Shown here in pieces: positions 25,989 to 34,778 of a stretch of 64,000 nt of DNA. Both the position numbers and the translations under genes were made by a program. Source of the stretch: an uncultured Gammaproteobacteria bacterium. GTDB lineage: Bacteria > Patescibacteriota > Microgenomatia > UBA8517. The notes below the pieces were generated by a model, which saw nothing but the letters and a program-made list of their open reading frames with translations, was not told where the DNA came from and did no database searches. The DNA lies in the NCBI GenBank assembly GCA_964627195.1, contig CAZVJU010000003.1, positions 14,854 through 78,853 on the forward strand, in the 5' to 3' direction. How positions within the stretch are numbered: position 1 is the stretch's first letter; every line of letters begins with the position of its first letter.

Positions 25989-26785
25989 GATTGATTTATC
26001 AAAACGCTGGCAGCGACAAAAAAACCAAGATCAAGGTATCAGTTTACTCAAACAAAGTTTTCAATTCTGATTTCCTAGAAAGTTTAAAAAAGGAAATAAT
26101 CTGGAGGTTCAATCTCGACCTTAATTTAGCAGAATTCTACAAAGACGTTGGAAACGACCCACTTCTGTCTCCCATTATTAAAAAGTTCTACGGTCTTCGG
26201 CCAATGCATTACGGCTCATTATATGAGTATTTAATTATTGGCATTGTCCTTCAGAACGCGGTTGTCAGAAGAAGCGTTAGTATGCTTCAATCACTTTTTG
26301 AAAGATATGGTGAATTGTTTGAGTATGATAGCCAGAAACTTTGGTGCTACTGGGAACCAAAAGTTCTGGCTAAAGTAGATGATCAGGAATTAAGAGACTT
26401 GAAGGTGGGATACAGAGCAAAATCACTAATCAGAGTTTCTGAAATGTTTGCAGAGGGAGGAATTGATGAAGTGGGACTACGGAATAAAACCAAAGAGGAA
26501 CAAGAGAAGGTCCTAATTTCTCTTTATGGAGTCGGTCCCGCCACGCTCAGTTATATTATGTTTGATGCTTTTCACCATTGGGACTACTTAAGGACTATTT
26601 CTCCATGGGAGCAGAAGATTTATACACATATCTTTTTCAACAAAGACCATGAAAAAGAACTAGTACCAGTTACTAAAATGCTAAAACGCTTTGAAAGATG
26701 GGGGGGGGATGGAAAGCATTGGCTGTTCATTATGTGTGGGAAGATATTTGGTGGAAAAGAAGGAATCAACACATCGCTTGGTTAG
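25964..26785 (+). CDS. HhH-GPD superfamily DNA glycosylase (AlkA/Ogg-like), probably frameshifted at its 5' end
   Basis: Helix-hairpin-helix LYGVGPATLSYIMF followed by a catalytic Asp region. Confidence 0.65.
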   Translation: MLWRRERLGLIYQNAGSDKKTKIKVSVYSNKVFNSDFLESLKKEIIWRFNLDLNLAEFYKDVGNDPLLSPIIKKFYGLRPMHYGSLYEYLIIGIVLQNAVVRRSVSMLQSLFERYGELFEYDSQKLWCYWEPKVLAKVDDQELRDLKVGYRAKSLIRVSEMFAEGGIDEVGLRNKTKEEQEKVLISLYGVGPATLSYIMFDAFHHWDYLRTISPWEQKIYTHIFFNKDHEKELVPVTKMLKRFERWGGDGKHWLFIMCGKIFGGKEGINTSLG

Positions 26786-26883
26786 AAAAGCTAATTAGGG
26801 TATAAAAATTGGTTCCTAGTGTATCTTAACTATCTTCTCCAAAGTAGTTATAATAGATTCAGAATCGACTAAATTACCTAATT

Positions 26884-27450
26884 ATGAAGAAAGTTGTAAT
26901 AATACATTGCTGGGAGGGATATCCAGATTACTGTTGGTATCCACAGACTAAAAAAGAATTGGAAGACAAGGGTTTTGAAGTGATTGTTCCTCAAATGCCG
27001 GAGACCGCCATGCCTAGGCTGTCACTCTGGCTTCCCAAACTTCAGGAACTGGCTCCCAATCCCAATGAAAATTTGTATCTTGTGGGCCATAGCGCTGGTG
27101 TAATCACTATTATGAGGTATTTAGAAAATCTTAAAGAAAATCAACAAATAGGCGGAGTAGTATTTGTTGCCGGTTTTACTGATGATTTGGGTTATAAAGA
27201 GTTGAGTAATTTTTACGAAAGTCAGCTGAATTTTGAAAAAATAAAATCCGGTGCAAAACACTTTGTTGCGATACATTCTGATGATGATCCTTACGTCTCT
27301 CTCAAATACGGAGATATTTTCAGGGAAAAATTAGGAGCAGAAGTAATTATCAAGCATAATATGAAACACTTTTCAGGAGCGGGAGATAATGAAGAAAGTT
27401 GTACTTCTTTACCCGAAGTAGCACAGGCCATTATCAAATTAAGCAGTTAG
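26884..27450 (+). CDS. YdeN/RBBP9-like serine hydrolase (alpha/beta fold)
   Basis: GHSAG nucleophile elbow and Ser_hydrolase-like layout, 188 aa. Confidence 0.6.
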   Translation: MKKVVIIHCWEGYPDYCWYPQTKKELEDKGFEVIVPQMPETAMPRLSLWLPKLQELAPNPNENLYLVGHSAGVITIMRYLENLKENQQIGGVVFVAGFTDDLGYKELSNFYESQLNFEKIKSGAKHFVAIHSDDDPYVSLKYGDIFREKLGAEVIIKHNMKHFSGAGDNEESCTSLPEVAQAIIKLSS

Positions 27451-27472
27451 TTATAAGCAGGTTTGAAACATA

Positions 27473-27621
27473 ATAGAAGTCCACGGCTTTAAGCCGTGGT
27501 CCTTCGAGCTACATTCGCCACAGGCGTTTGAATTTTCAATGATTCAATTCATCCACGTATAAGCAAAGCTTGGCACCGCTTCGCGTTGTAAAGACGTGGA
27601 CTTCTTGAATTAGCTTAAAAG
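27473..27621 (+). repeat. MITE-like multi-hairpin element, copy 2 (149 nt, with a 31-nt internal insertion)
   Basis: Same termini and hairpins as copy 1. The first hairpin is perfect: ccacggc-tttaa-gccgtgg. There is an extra ataagcaaagcttggcaccgcttcgcgttgt inside the third hairpin. Confidence 0.75.
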
Positions 27622-27662
27622 GTTCTAGATTGGACTGACCAGTCAGTAAGAAGTAAAAATAT

Positions 27663-27697
27663 CCAGGTGTGTCTATCTGTATCACTCCTGATGTGAT
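27663..27697. repeat. Composite REP-like element: ccaggtgtgtctatct followed by tatcactcctgatgtgat
   Basis: Both halves recur at 30969-30984 and 31075-31094. There they are separated by a hairpin-rich 90-nt insert. Confidence 0.6.
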
Positions 27698-29193
27698 TTG
27701 ATATAGAGGTAAAAGGGAAGAGAATCGGAGTCCAACTTCTTTAAGTTGGGTAGATTAGCCTGGTCTGATAATAATATTCCATCATTCGGTAAAGTTTCCT
27801 TTTGTTCGTCTATTACACCGGGTAGTTTGGGAAAATAGATTGCTCTTGCGAATAGTTCGGGGTCTTTAATGTTTACGCCATCCAATCGTGCTACTCTGGT
27901 AGACAAAAAAGGCTGCAATTGTCTTTCCTTTACCTTTAGGTAAAGCTCTTTATATGGCTTATTGTAATCTTCAAGATGGTAAAAGATGTGATAAGTATCT
28001 TTGGGGTAGATAAACATATAATACCGCCAGAAATCAAAGTAATTAATCGTTATTAAGAAAAATAAAATGAAGCCAGTGTATTTAAATAAGCGATTTTTGT
28101 TATCTAATATCATTTTGATCCCTAGTGTAAAAAATATTGAGTAGAAAGGGACCATATAAAGTAAGCGATGTGCAAAAAAGGTTGAACCCACAAAACCAAA
28201 CAGGAGAGGGGAAATAAGAAAAGTTATCCCAAGTAATCTTAAATAATCAGAACCATTCCTGAATGTTTGATATATGCCGATTGCAAATATGGGCAGAGTG
28301 GATAAAAGGAACATCCCATGGCGCAGGGTTGATTGGACCAATAATTTATCGCCGGTAATAAATAAAAACGAGATGTCAAAGCTGGCTAAATAATAATAAA
28401 AGAAACTATATAGTGAGCTAATATTAAAACTTACACGATTTAGTACGGCGCCTCCGTAATAGTGTTCTAATAATGGAATTACGGCAAAAAACGGGAGCGC
28501 GGTTAAGGTAAATGTAAAAAGCGGTACTAAAAACTTCTTTCTAGTTAGAGTTTTTAAAGAAAGTTTTTGAGCCGGCCGGTTGAGATAAGAAATGTAGCCA
28601 ATGCTAATTAAAATCCAAATAGCTACCAACGGTCTTATCCCACCGTATGCATAAAAACCAGTACCCAAACTGAGAGCTGCAAAGATTAAATATTTATTAT
28701 CAAAACTTCGTCTGTATTTGAATAAACTGATTAGCCAAAGCAAAACAAAAGTAACCACAATCATATGTTCATATGGTGTATGAGTTACGATCATTACTTC
28801 AGGAATAATTATAAAAGAGATTAAGGTTATAAATGCGGATTTTTTGTCAAATAAAAGCCTGGCAAAATATAAAGTCAGAAGGGCAGAAATAACCGTAATT
28901 ACTACAGTTGCCAAACGCAATACGTAAACAGAAGGACCGAAGAGTTTAAAAAGCAAGGCAACCAAATACTGCATATATGGCGGATACCAAGTTACATTAT
29001 TTGATCCGAGAATAAATAGTGGTAAAAATCGTCCATGCGCATCGCGTAAGTTTTGAGCTAGTAAAATGCCATTATAGCCGTATGATGCCTCGTCTTCAGT
29101 AATACCGTTTGGAGTATCGGCAAGTCGGAAGGAGAAGAAAATAAATAAGAAAATTATTAAAATGCCTATAGAAAGGAAGGTTTTCGGTTTCAT
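27682..29193 (-). CDS. GT39/GT83-type (PMT/ArnT-like) integral-membrane glycosyltransferase
   Basis: 503-aa polytopic protein. The N-terminal DE-containing loop GITEDEASYGYNGILLAQNL is typical of PMT_2/ArnT-like enzymes. Confidence 0.65.
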   Translation of the reverse strand: MKPKTFLSIGILIIFLFIFFSFRLADTPNGITEDEASYGYNGILLAQNLRDAHGRFLPLFILGSNNVTWYPPYMQYLVALLFKLFGPSVYVLRLATVVITVISALLTLYFARLLFDKKSAFITLISFIIIPEVMIVTHTPYEHMIVVTFVLLWLISLFKYRRSFDNKYLIFAALSLGTGFYAYGGIRPLVAIWILISIGYISYLNRPAQKLSLKTLTRKKFLVPLFTFTLTALPFFAVIPLLEHYYGGAVLNRVSFNISSLYSFFYYYLASFDISFLFITGDKLLVQSTLRHGMFLLSTLPIFAIGIYQTFRNGSDYLRLLGITFLISPLLFGFVGSTFFAHRLLYMVPFYSIFFTLGIKMILDNKNRLFKYTGFILFFLITINYFDFWRYYMFIYPKDTYHIFYHLEDYNKPYKELYLKVKERQLQPFLSTRVARLDGVNIKDPELFARAIYFPKLPGVIDEQKETLPNDGILLSDQANLPNLKKLDSDSLPFYLYIKSHQE

Positions 29194-29439
29194 TTTCGAA
29201 ACAGTTATAGTTACAAGTATACATATTCTAATGCTTTCTGTTTAGATATAATTTACAACTCTCCATACCATTTTTGCTCTAATTCAATGGCGTATATCTC
29301 TTTATATTATCAACATGATGTTTATATTATGATAATAGAGATAAAGTAATAATAATGATGGTCAAAGGTACTAAAAGGTACCTTTGACAACATTTTCCAT
29401 TACGAAGAAAGTTGCGAATTATAGGGCTGGATTGATATA

Positions 29440-30753
29440 ATGCTCTCCATGTTACCAAAACAAAGAGAACGAGCTCCACAGATACCAGAATTTGTACACA
29501 AAGAGGTATTGTCGAACGGACTTCGAGTATTGGTTCACGAGATGCCGTGGGCGCAATCTGTTTCCGCAAGGTTCTTGGTAAAAGCGGGGCCCCGATATGA
29601 AGACGAAGTTACGACTGGCTCTGCCCATTACTTGGAACATATGTTCTTTGAAGGTAGCCAAAAGTATCCCTCACGCAGAGAGCTTGATAGAGCAGTTGAG
29701 AGCAGGGGCGGTGACCATAGTGCATACACTGACAAAGAGTATGTCATGTACCAAGCGAAACTTCCTACTGAAAGCGCAGATTTTGCTTCAGAATTTGTAA
29801 GGGAACTTGTCTTCAATCCAGTAATGGCCGAGGAGGCAGTTGAGCGAGAAAAAGGAGTAATTAGTGCTGAACTGCGAAGGTCAATCGATACGCCAGCTCA
29901 ACATAGATGGAACTTGTTGCGTCAACATGTGTGGAGTGGGCATCCTTTAGGACATAATACTCTGGGAACTTTTGATTCAATAGAGCGAATCAGCCGTCAA
30001 GATTTGCTAGGTTATCATACAAGGTTCTACCGACCCAACAATGCAATTTTAGTTGTGGTTGGCAATATCACCACACCGAGAGCGATTGATTTGGTGGCTC
30101 GGGATTTTGGTAGCCTTACGGCATCAGGTGACCAACTTCCTTCAATTCCTGCACCGATACAATCTGTTGACTCCAGAGTGCTGGTTGAAGAAAGAGATAT
30201 AAAGCAAGCACATCTTCTATTGGCTTTTGCAACTGATGGTCACGGTGAAAGCAGTCCCGTACTACCACAGATTCAAGTACTTTCAAGAATGCTACGCAAT
30301 AACATTTTCCATAAATTCGTATACGATTTAGGGTTCTCCTATTCGGCGGGATGTTATCCGTGGCTAGTCAGTGATAGTGGAAATATGGTTATCACCGTCG
30401 AAGTAGCACCAGAAAATACAGACCAGGCGGTAACAAGAATGGTTCAGGAAGTGAACAGCTTGAAAGTTGATGAGGAATCCGTACAAGAAGCAAAAGCAGG
30501 GGTTGTCAGCGATACTATTTTGAATCTTGCTGACACAGATGTATATGCTCATTTCATTGGAAAACAGGAGTTGTATACAGGAGCAGTAAAATCACCAGAA
30601 CAAGTGAGGGCAGATATTCAATCAGTTTCAGTCGAAGACATTCAGAAAACGAAAAGAACTCTACTGACTCGAAATAATGCAGCCATGGTTGTTCTTGGCC
30701 CAGTGCCACAGGGTAAAGCAAAAGAACTAGATGACATGCTAGTTTTTGCATAA
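29440..30753 (+). CDS. M16-family zinc peptidase (pitrilysin/insulinase-like)
   Basis: The inverted zincin motif HYLEHMFFEG (HxxEH) is present. Confidence 0.85.
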   Translation: MLSMLPKQRERAPQIPEFVHKEVLSNGLRVLVHEMPWAQSVSARFLVKAGPRYEDEVTTGSAHYLEHMFFEGSQKYPSRRELDRAVESRGGDHSAYTDKEYVMYQAKLPTESADFASEFVRELVFNPVMAEEAVEREKGVISAELRRSIDTPAQHRWNLLRQHVWSGHPLGHNTLGTFDSIERISRQDLLGYHTRFYRPNNAILVVVGNITTPRAIDLVARDFGSLTASGDQLPSIPAPIQSVDSRVLVEERDIKQAHLLLAFATDGHGESSPVLPQIQVLSRMLRNNIFHKFVYDLGFSYSAGCYPWLVSDSGNMVITVEVAPENTDQAVTRMVQEVNSLKVDEESVQEAKAGVVSDTILNLADTDVYAHFIGKQELYTGAVKSPEQVRADIQSVSVEDIQKTKRTLLTRNNAAMVVLGPVPQGKAKELDDMLVFA

Positions 30754-30968
30754 CACTACAATAAGCTCGACTTCTTCAAGTACGAGTTTCAAAAAATATC
30801 TCGCAGACTTCTGAGCTGTTATATTGATTTTGGATGGCAGATTTTCAGGGTGGGTAGGGGCCACCTTGCAAAGGCTAATGCGGGTTGGGGTTGAATCGGA
30901 TATGAAAGTGTCTCAAGTTGTTCTTCGAAGTAGGTTGTGACATACTCAACCAATGCCAGCAACAAAGT

Positions 30969-31094
30969 CCAGATGTGTCTATCTACAGATGTCACATTTT
31001 GAAATCGGACTAAAATGTGACATATGCTATAGAAATCACCACTAATATAGTCCTACTTCATAATGTGATTTCTATATATCACTCCTGGTGTGAT
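30969..31094. repeat. Interrupted composite REP-like element: ccagatgtgtctatct, two nested inverted repeats, then tatatcactcctggtgtgat
   Basis: The inverted repeats are tgtcacatttt/aaaatgtgaca and atagaaatcac/gtgatttctat. Compare the compact version at 27663-27697. Confidence 0.55.
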
Positions 31095-31149
31095 TAACTC
31101 TCGACCACCATCAATAGTAAAAATAATCATTTTATACTAAAATACCGTT

Positions 31150-31968
31150 GTGATTAGTGTTATCACACCATGTAAAAATATTGTTAGCGACGGCCGCGAA
31201 CCGTTTTTTAGAAAGATGTTTACTAGTCTGTTTAACCAGACCTATCGTGACTTCGAACATATTGTAATTGATGGAGCTTCAACAGATGGTACCTTAGATT
31301 TATTGCAAGAGTATAAACATAAACGATGTATCAATACCCTTGTCTCTAAGAAAGACAGAAATGTACACGAAGCCATGAATAGAGGAATTAGATTGGCACA
31401 GGGAAAATTCATCCATGTGATGAATTCAGATAACTATTTTCCTGATGAAAATTTTTTCTCTATCTCATTACAAGCGATAAAAGATAACCATGCCGATTTT
31501 ACTCACGCAGATAGAAGTATTGAAACTAGAGAAGGTAAATTCGTTGGAATAAAGCGAGGAGATGAACGCTCCGCGTTCTTCAGAATGCCTTTTAGATACC
31601 AAACTATGCTTATACGAAAAGGGGTGTATGACGAAATTGGCCCGTTTGATGAAAAATACGATATAGCAGCAGATTATAAGTTCATGCTGGAAATGCTACT
31701 TTCGGGAAAAAAGGGTCTTTATATTCCCAAAGTTTATATTTGTTCACTTGATGGAGGAATTACGTCAGACAGACCCAAAGTAATAAGAGAGGTTACCCAA
31801 GTATTATATGAATGCTACGGTAAACAATATGGGCTGACAAAAGATGATTGCCAGGATATCTATTTACGGAAAATATCTCCCGACTTGTTATCCAAAATTA
31901 ACGTACATATTCCAGATGAAAGAATAAAAGAATCTCTTAACTTCTGCTATGAATTATCACTTCACTAG
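31150..31968 (+). CDS. Family 2 glycosyltransferase
   Basis: GTG start. VISVITPCKN...DGASTDGT matches the GT2 N-terminal signature. Confidence 0.8.
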   Translation: MISVITPCKNIVSDGREPFFRKMFTSLFNQTYRDFEHIVIDGASTDGTLDLLQEYKHKRCINTLVSKKDRNVHEAMNRGIRLAQGKFIHVMNSDNYFPDENFFSISLQAIKDNHADFTHADRSIETREGKFVGIKRGDERSAFFRMPFRYQTMLIRKGVYDEIGPFDEKYDIAADYKFMLEMLLSGKKGLYIPKVYICSLDGGITSDRPKVIREVTQVLYECYGKQYGLTKDDCQDIYLRKISPDLLSKINVHIPDERIKESLNFCYELSLH

Positions 31969-32133
31969 GAATGAATTCGGAAACAGAATTAGCACAAAGG
32001 AAAAGAAAAGAAGAACAATGACATACTCCTCGCAGCAGAGCTGCGAAGGTATCTTACGATACAGTATGTCTTCTTGAATCTGCTCATCCTGCGCTGCAGA
32101 GCAACGAGGTATTCGCAGGTTCTAGAATAAAAA

Positions 32134-33159
32134 ATGGTTGCTACAGAGAAATTGCCTGCATTAAATGCCCCAGTTGAAAATTTTTCGCGTGGATTATTTC
32201 AAGCAGAAATTCCTGGATTGGGTAATCCTATTCGGGGTAAAGTACGTGATAACTGGATAATTAATAAGGGAAGTCAACAATTCAGGTTGATGGTGACAAC
32301 CGACCGTCAGTCTGCCTACGCCCGAACTGTTTGTACTGTTCCGGGCAAAGGACAGATTTCCAACCTCATTTCAGCATTTTGGTTTGAACATACCAAAGAT
32401 ATTATCCCAAATCATATGATAATGGTTCCTCATCTAAATATTCTTCTTGCAAGACAGGCAAAAGCTGTCGTTCCTGTTGAGGTTGTATTAAGAAGGTATT
32501 TGGCAAGAGGAATATCACCGACGTCGGTATATCACAATTATTTTAATCTAGGGAGAAGAGAGATTTATGGGATAAAGTTTCCTGATGATTTACGAGTTGA
32601 TCAGGAGTTTCCCATGGGAACAATACTCACGCCGACAACTAAAGCTAGAAACGGGCATGATCAAGAGTTAACGAATATTCAGGCGTGCGAGCTAGCAGAC
32701 GGTAACCTGAGAGATGGAACTTGGGATAAAGTAAAATCTTCAGCTTTTGAAATTTTTGAAAGGGCTAGAGCCTTCAGCCTAAGTAGAGGTCTAATTCTTG
32801 CGGATACAAAGATGGAATTTGGTCTTGATTCAGAGGACAATCTGATACTAATTGACGAAGTTCTTACTCCGGAATGTTCTCGATTTTGGCCTTGTAATAA
32901 ATACGCTGACCGATTTACCAGCGGAGAAAATCAGGATATTGACAAGGATGTATTGCTTAGATGGCTTATAAATAATGGGTTTGTTGGGGAAGGAGTAGTT
33001 CCCAAAATTCCAAGTGATGTAATTAATCAAATGGCTGAAATATACGAAGTTCCGTACAGGATGATTATGGGAAAAGATTTATTACCCTTAACTGATTCCA
33101 AATTGGTAAGTGAAGTTGCTTCCCAGTGTGTTTATAAGCTTCTTGAAGATAATAATTAA
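32134..33159 (+). CDS. purC: Phosphoribosylaminoimidazole-succinocarboxamide (SAICAR) synthase, long form
   Basis: The blocks GKVRD, RLMVTTDRQSAYARTV, LILADTKMEFG and LIDEVLTPECSRFW are present. Confidence 0.85.
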   Translation: MVATEKLPALNAPVENFSRGLFQAEIPGLGNPIRGKVRDNWIINKGSQQFRLMVTTDRQSAYARTVCTVPGKGQISNLISAFWFEHTKDIIPNHMIMVPHLNILLARQAKAVVPVEVVLRRYLARGISPTSVYHNYFNLGRREIYGIKFPDDLRVDQEFPMGTILTPTTKARNGHDQELTNIQACELADGNLRDGTWDKVKSSAFEIFERARAFSLSRGLILADTKMEFGLDSEDNLILIDEVLTPECSRFWPCNKYADRFTSGENQDIDKDVLLRWLINNGFVGEGVVPKIPSDVINQMAEIYEVPYRMIMGKDLLPLTDSKLVSEVASQCVYKLLEDNN

Positions 33160-33257
33160 CTCGCCCTGTGAGAGATAAGTTTTCCACACATAGTTGTGAA
33201 TTGGCTTGGCACAAGTTGAGTTTAAAGGTGAGGCTAAGCAGCAATATACCCCATAGT

Positions 33258-33286
33258 CGATTGACTTATCGAATAGTGGGTAGTAT
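33258..33286 (+). promoter_or_regulatory. Consensus sigma70-like promoter (TTGACT-N17-TATAAT) about 280 nt upstream of the DEAD-box helicase
   Basis: ttgact tatcgaatagtgggtag tataat. It implies a long AT-rich 5' leader. Confidence 0.5.
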
Positions 33287-33566
33287 AATAATATTTGTTT
33301 GGCAGATTGAAGTGAGAAATCTGCTTAAATAGTAAGTTTTATTTCTAAGTTTTAAGATATATATATCCCCAGTTTAGTATTTAGTCAAAAAAGGATTTTT
33401 GTATATCTTCGCAATTTGCGCTGCGTATAGCGCACAAGCGGTAATATATAAAAGATACCTAAAGTATATTAATTATTTTGCTACCCGTATCTAATCTTTC
33501 CGCTACTTAACGTACATCTTTCATTTAGGCAGTTTTGTCACTTCAATTTGGTCACTCTAAAATCAT

Positions 33567-34763
33567 ATGTATAGAAAATTTAATCAAAGGTTTAGCCGGG
33601 GAAGAAATTTCTCCAATTTTAGGGCAAGTGCCGGGCGCGGAAACGGCAGAGGAAGAGTCAAATCCTTTGATCCCACAAACTTTATTAATACGCCTCAGGT
33701 TAAAAATGGCTTAAGTGACTATACGATATCCCACACTTTTAGCGATTTCCGGATTTCGGATACTCTAAAAGAAAATATTTCACGCAAAGGCTATAAAACT
33801 CCCACCCCAATTCAGGATCAGGCAATTAACCCCATCCTTGAGGGAAGGGATTTAATCGGCATCGCCAACACAGGAACCGGTAAAACCGCCGCATTTTTAA
33901 TTCCGCTTATTGATAAGGTTGCTAAGGATCGTAGGCAAAAAGTTTTAATAATTGCACCGACTCGTGAGTTAGCAACACAAATTAAGGATGAACTTATCGA
34001 TTTTTCGAGAAACGTCGGAATATACTCTGCTCTTTGCATCGGCGGAGCAAATATCAGAAGGCAGGTTTACGATCTATCCCGAAATCCGAATTTTGTAATC
34101 GGGACCCCCGGAAGACTGCTGGATTTGCTAAATACCCGCTCCCTCAACCTATCAACTTTTGCTACGGTTGTACTTGACGAAACGGACAGAATGGTTGATA
34201 TCGGATTTATCAAAGACATAAAGTACATTATCTCCCTGTTGCCAAAACCGCGCCAATCGCTTTTTTTCTCGGCGACGGTAAGTAGAGGGGTTAGAGAAAT
34301 TTTAGAAAGCTTTGTCCAAAATCCTGTCACAGTCTCTGTTAAAACCGGCGAAACAGCTGAAAATGTAAGCCAAGAGGTTGTTAAGGTGGGCAATCCCAAT
34401 GCAAAAATCGAGGAATTGCACAAGCTTCTTATAAAAAAAGAATATGAGAAGGTTCTCGTCTTCGGAAGAACAAAACATGGAGTTCAAAGGCTCTCAGATG
34501 AGCTTATCAAACGGGGCTTTAAGGCAGATGCGATTCACGGCAATAAAAGACAAAGCCAAAGGAATAGAACCTTGGAAAAATTCAAGGCTAACACTATTCA
34601 GATTCTTATCGCAACTGACGTTGCCTCAAGAGGCTTAGATATTCCGAATGTCAGTCATGTAATAAACTATGATTTACCCGAATCTTACGAGGCATATGTT
34701 CACAGGATCGGTCGAACAGGGCGGGCTGACAAGAGAGGGACTGCTCTCACTTTTATTGGGTAA
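33567..34763 (+). CDS. DEAD-box ATP-dependent RNA helicase (DExD variant DETD) with an N-terminal RG-rich tail
   Basis: Q-motif TPTPIQ, Walker A GTGKTAAF, box II VLDETD, SAT and HRIGRTGRA are present. Confidence 0.9.
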   Translation: MYRKFNQRFSRGRNFSNFRASAGRGNGRGRVKSFDPTNFINTPQVKNGLSDYTISHTFSDFRISDTLKENISRKGYKTPTPIQDQAINPILEGRDLIGIANTGTGKTAAFLIPLIDKVAKDRRQKVLIIAPTRELATQIKDELIDFSRNVGIYSALCIGGANIRRQVYDLSRNPNFVIGTPGRLLDLLNTRSLNLSTFATVVLDETDRMVDIGFIKDIKYIISLLPKPRQSLFFSATVSRGVREILESFVQNPVTVSVKTGETAENVSQEVVKVGNPNAKIEELHKLLIKKEYEKVLVFGRTKHGVQRLSDELIKRGFKADAIHGNKRQSQRNRTLEKFKANTIQILIATDVASRGLDIPNVSHVINYDLPESYEAYVHRIGRTGRADKRGTALTFIG

Positions 34764-34778
34764 ACTCTGCCGGAGCCA

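Noticed and set aside
29440-30753. M16 peptidase region as a compositionally foreign (GC-rich) insertion
   Set aside because: By eye its GC is similar to other core genes (lon, secD). The contrast is with the AT-rich accessory blocks rather than with the core. Calling it horizontal transfer would need a computed profile.
31990-32133. Purine or ZTP riboswitch upstream of purC
   Set aside because: The conserved cores of those riboswitch classes are not visible. Only a generic alternative-hairpin leader can be claimed.
32848-33030. Short antisense or overlapping ORFs such as 2985..3200, 3372..3602, 9117..9386, 10180..10383, 12392..13198, 15161..15436, 19224..19448, 22308..22635, 22964..23233, 29327..29816, 30364..30751, 32848..33030, 33818..34487, 35130..35923, 36675..37560, 41463..41705, 42051..42392, 47015..48263, 49278..49536, 51956..52265, 53711..53938, 54692..55063, 55165..56052, 58447..59572, 61083..61343, 62820..63044 and 63270..63551
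   Set aside because: Each overlaps a better-supported gene on the opposite strand or in another frame, and none has a recognisable motif. They are treated as non-coding.
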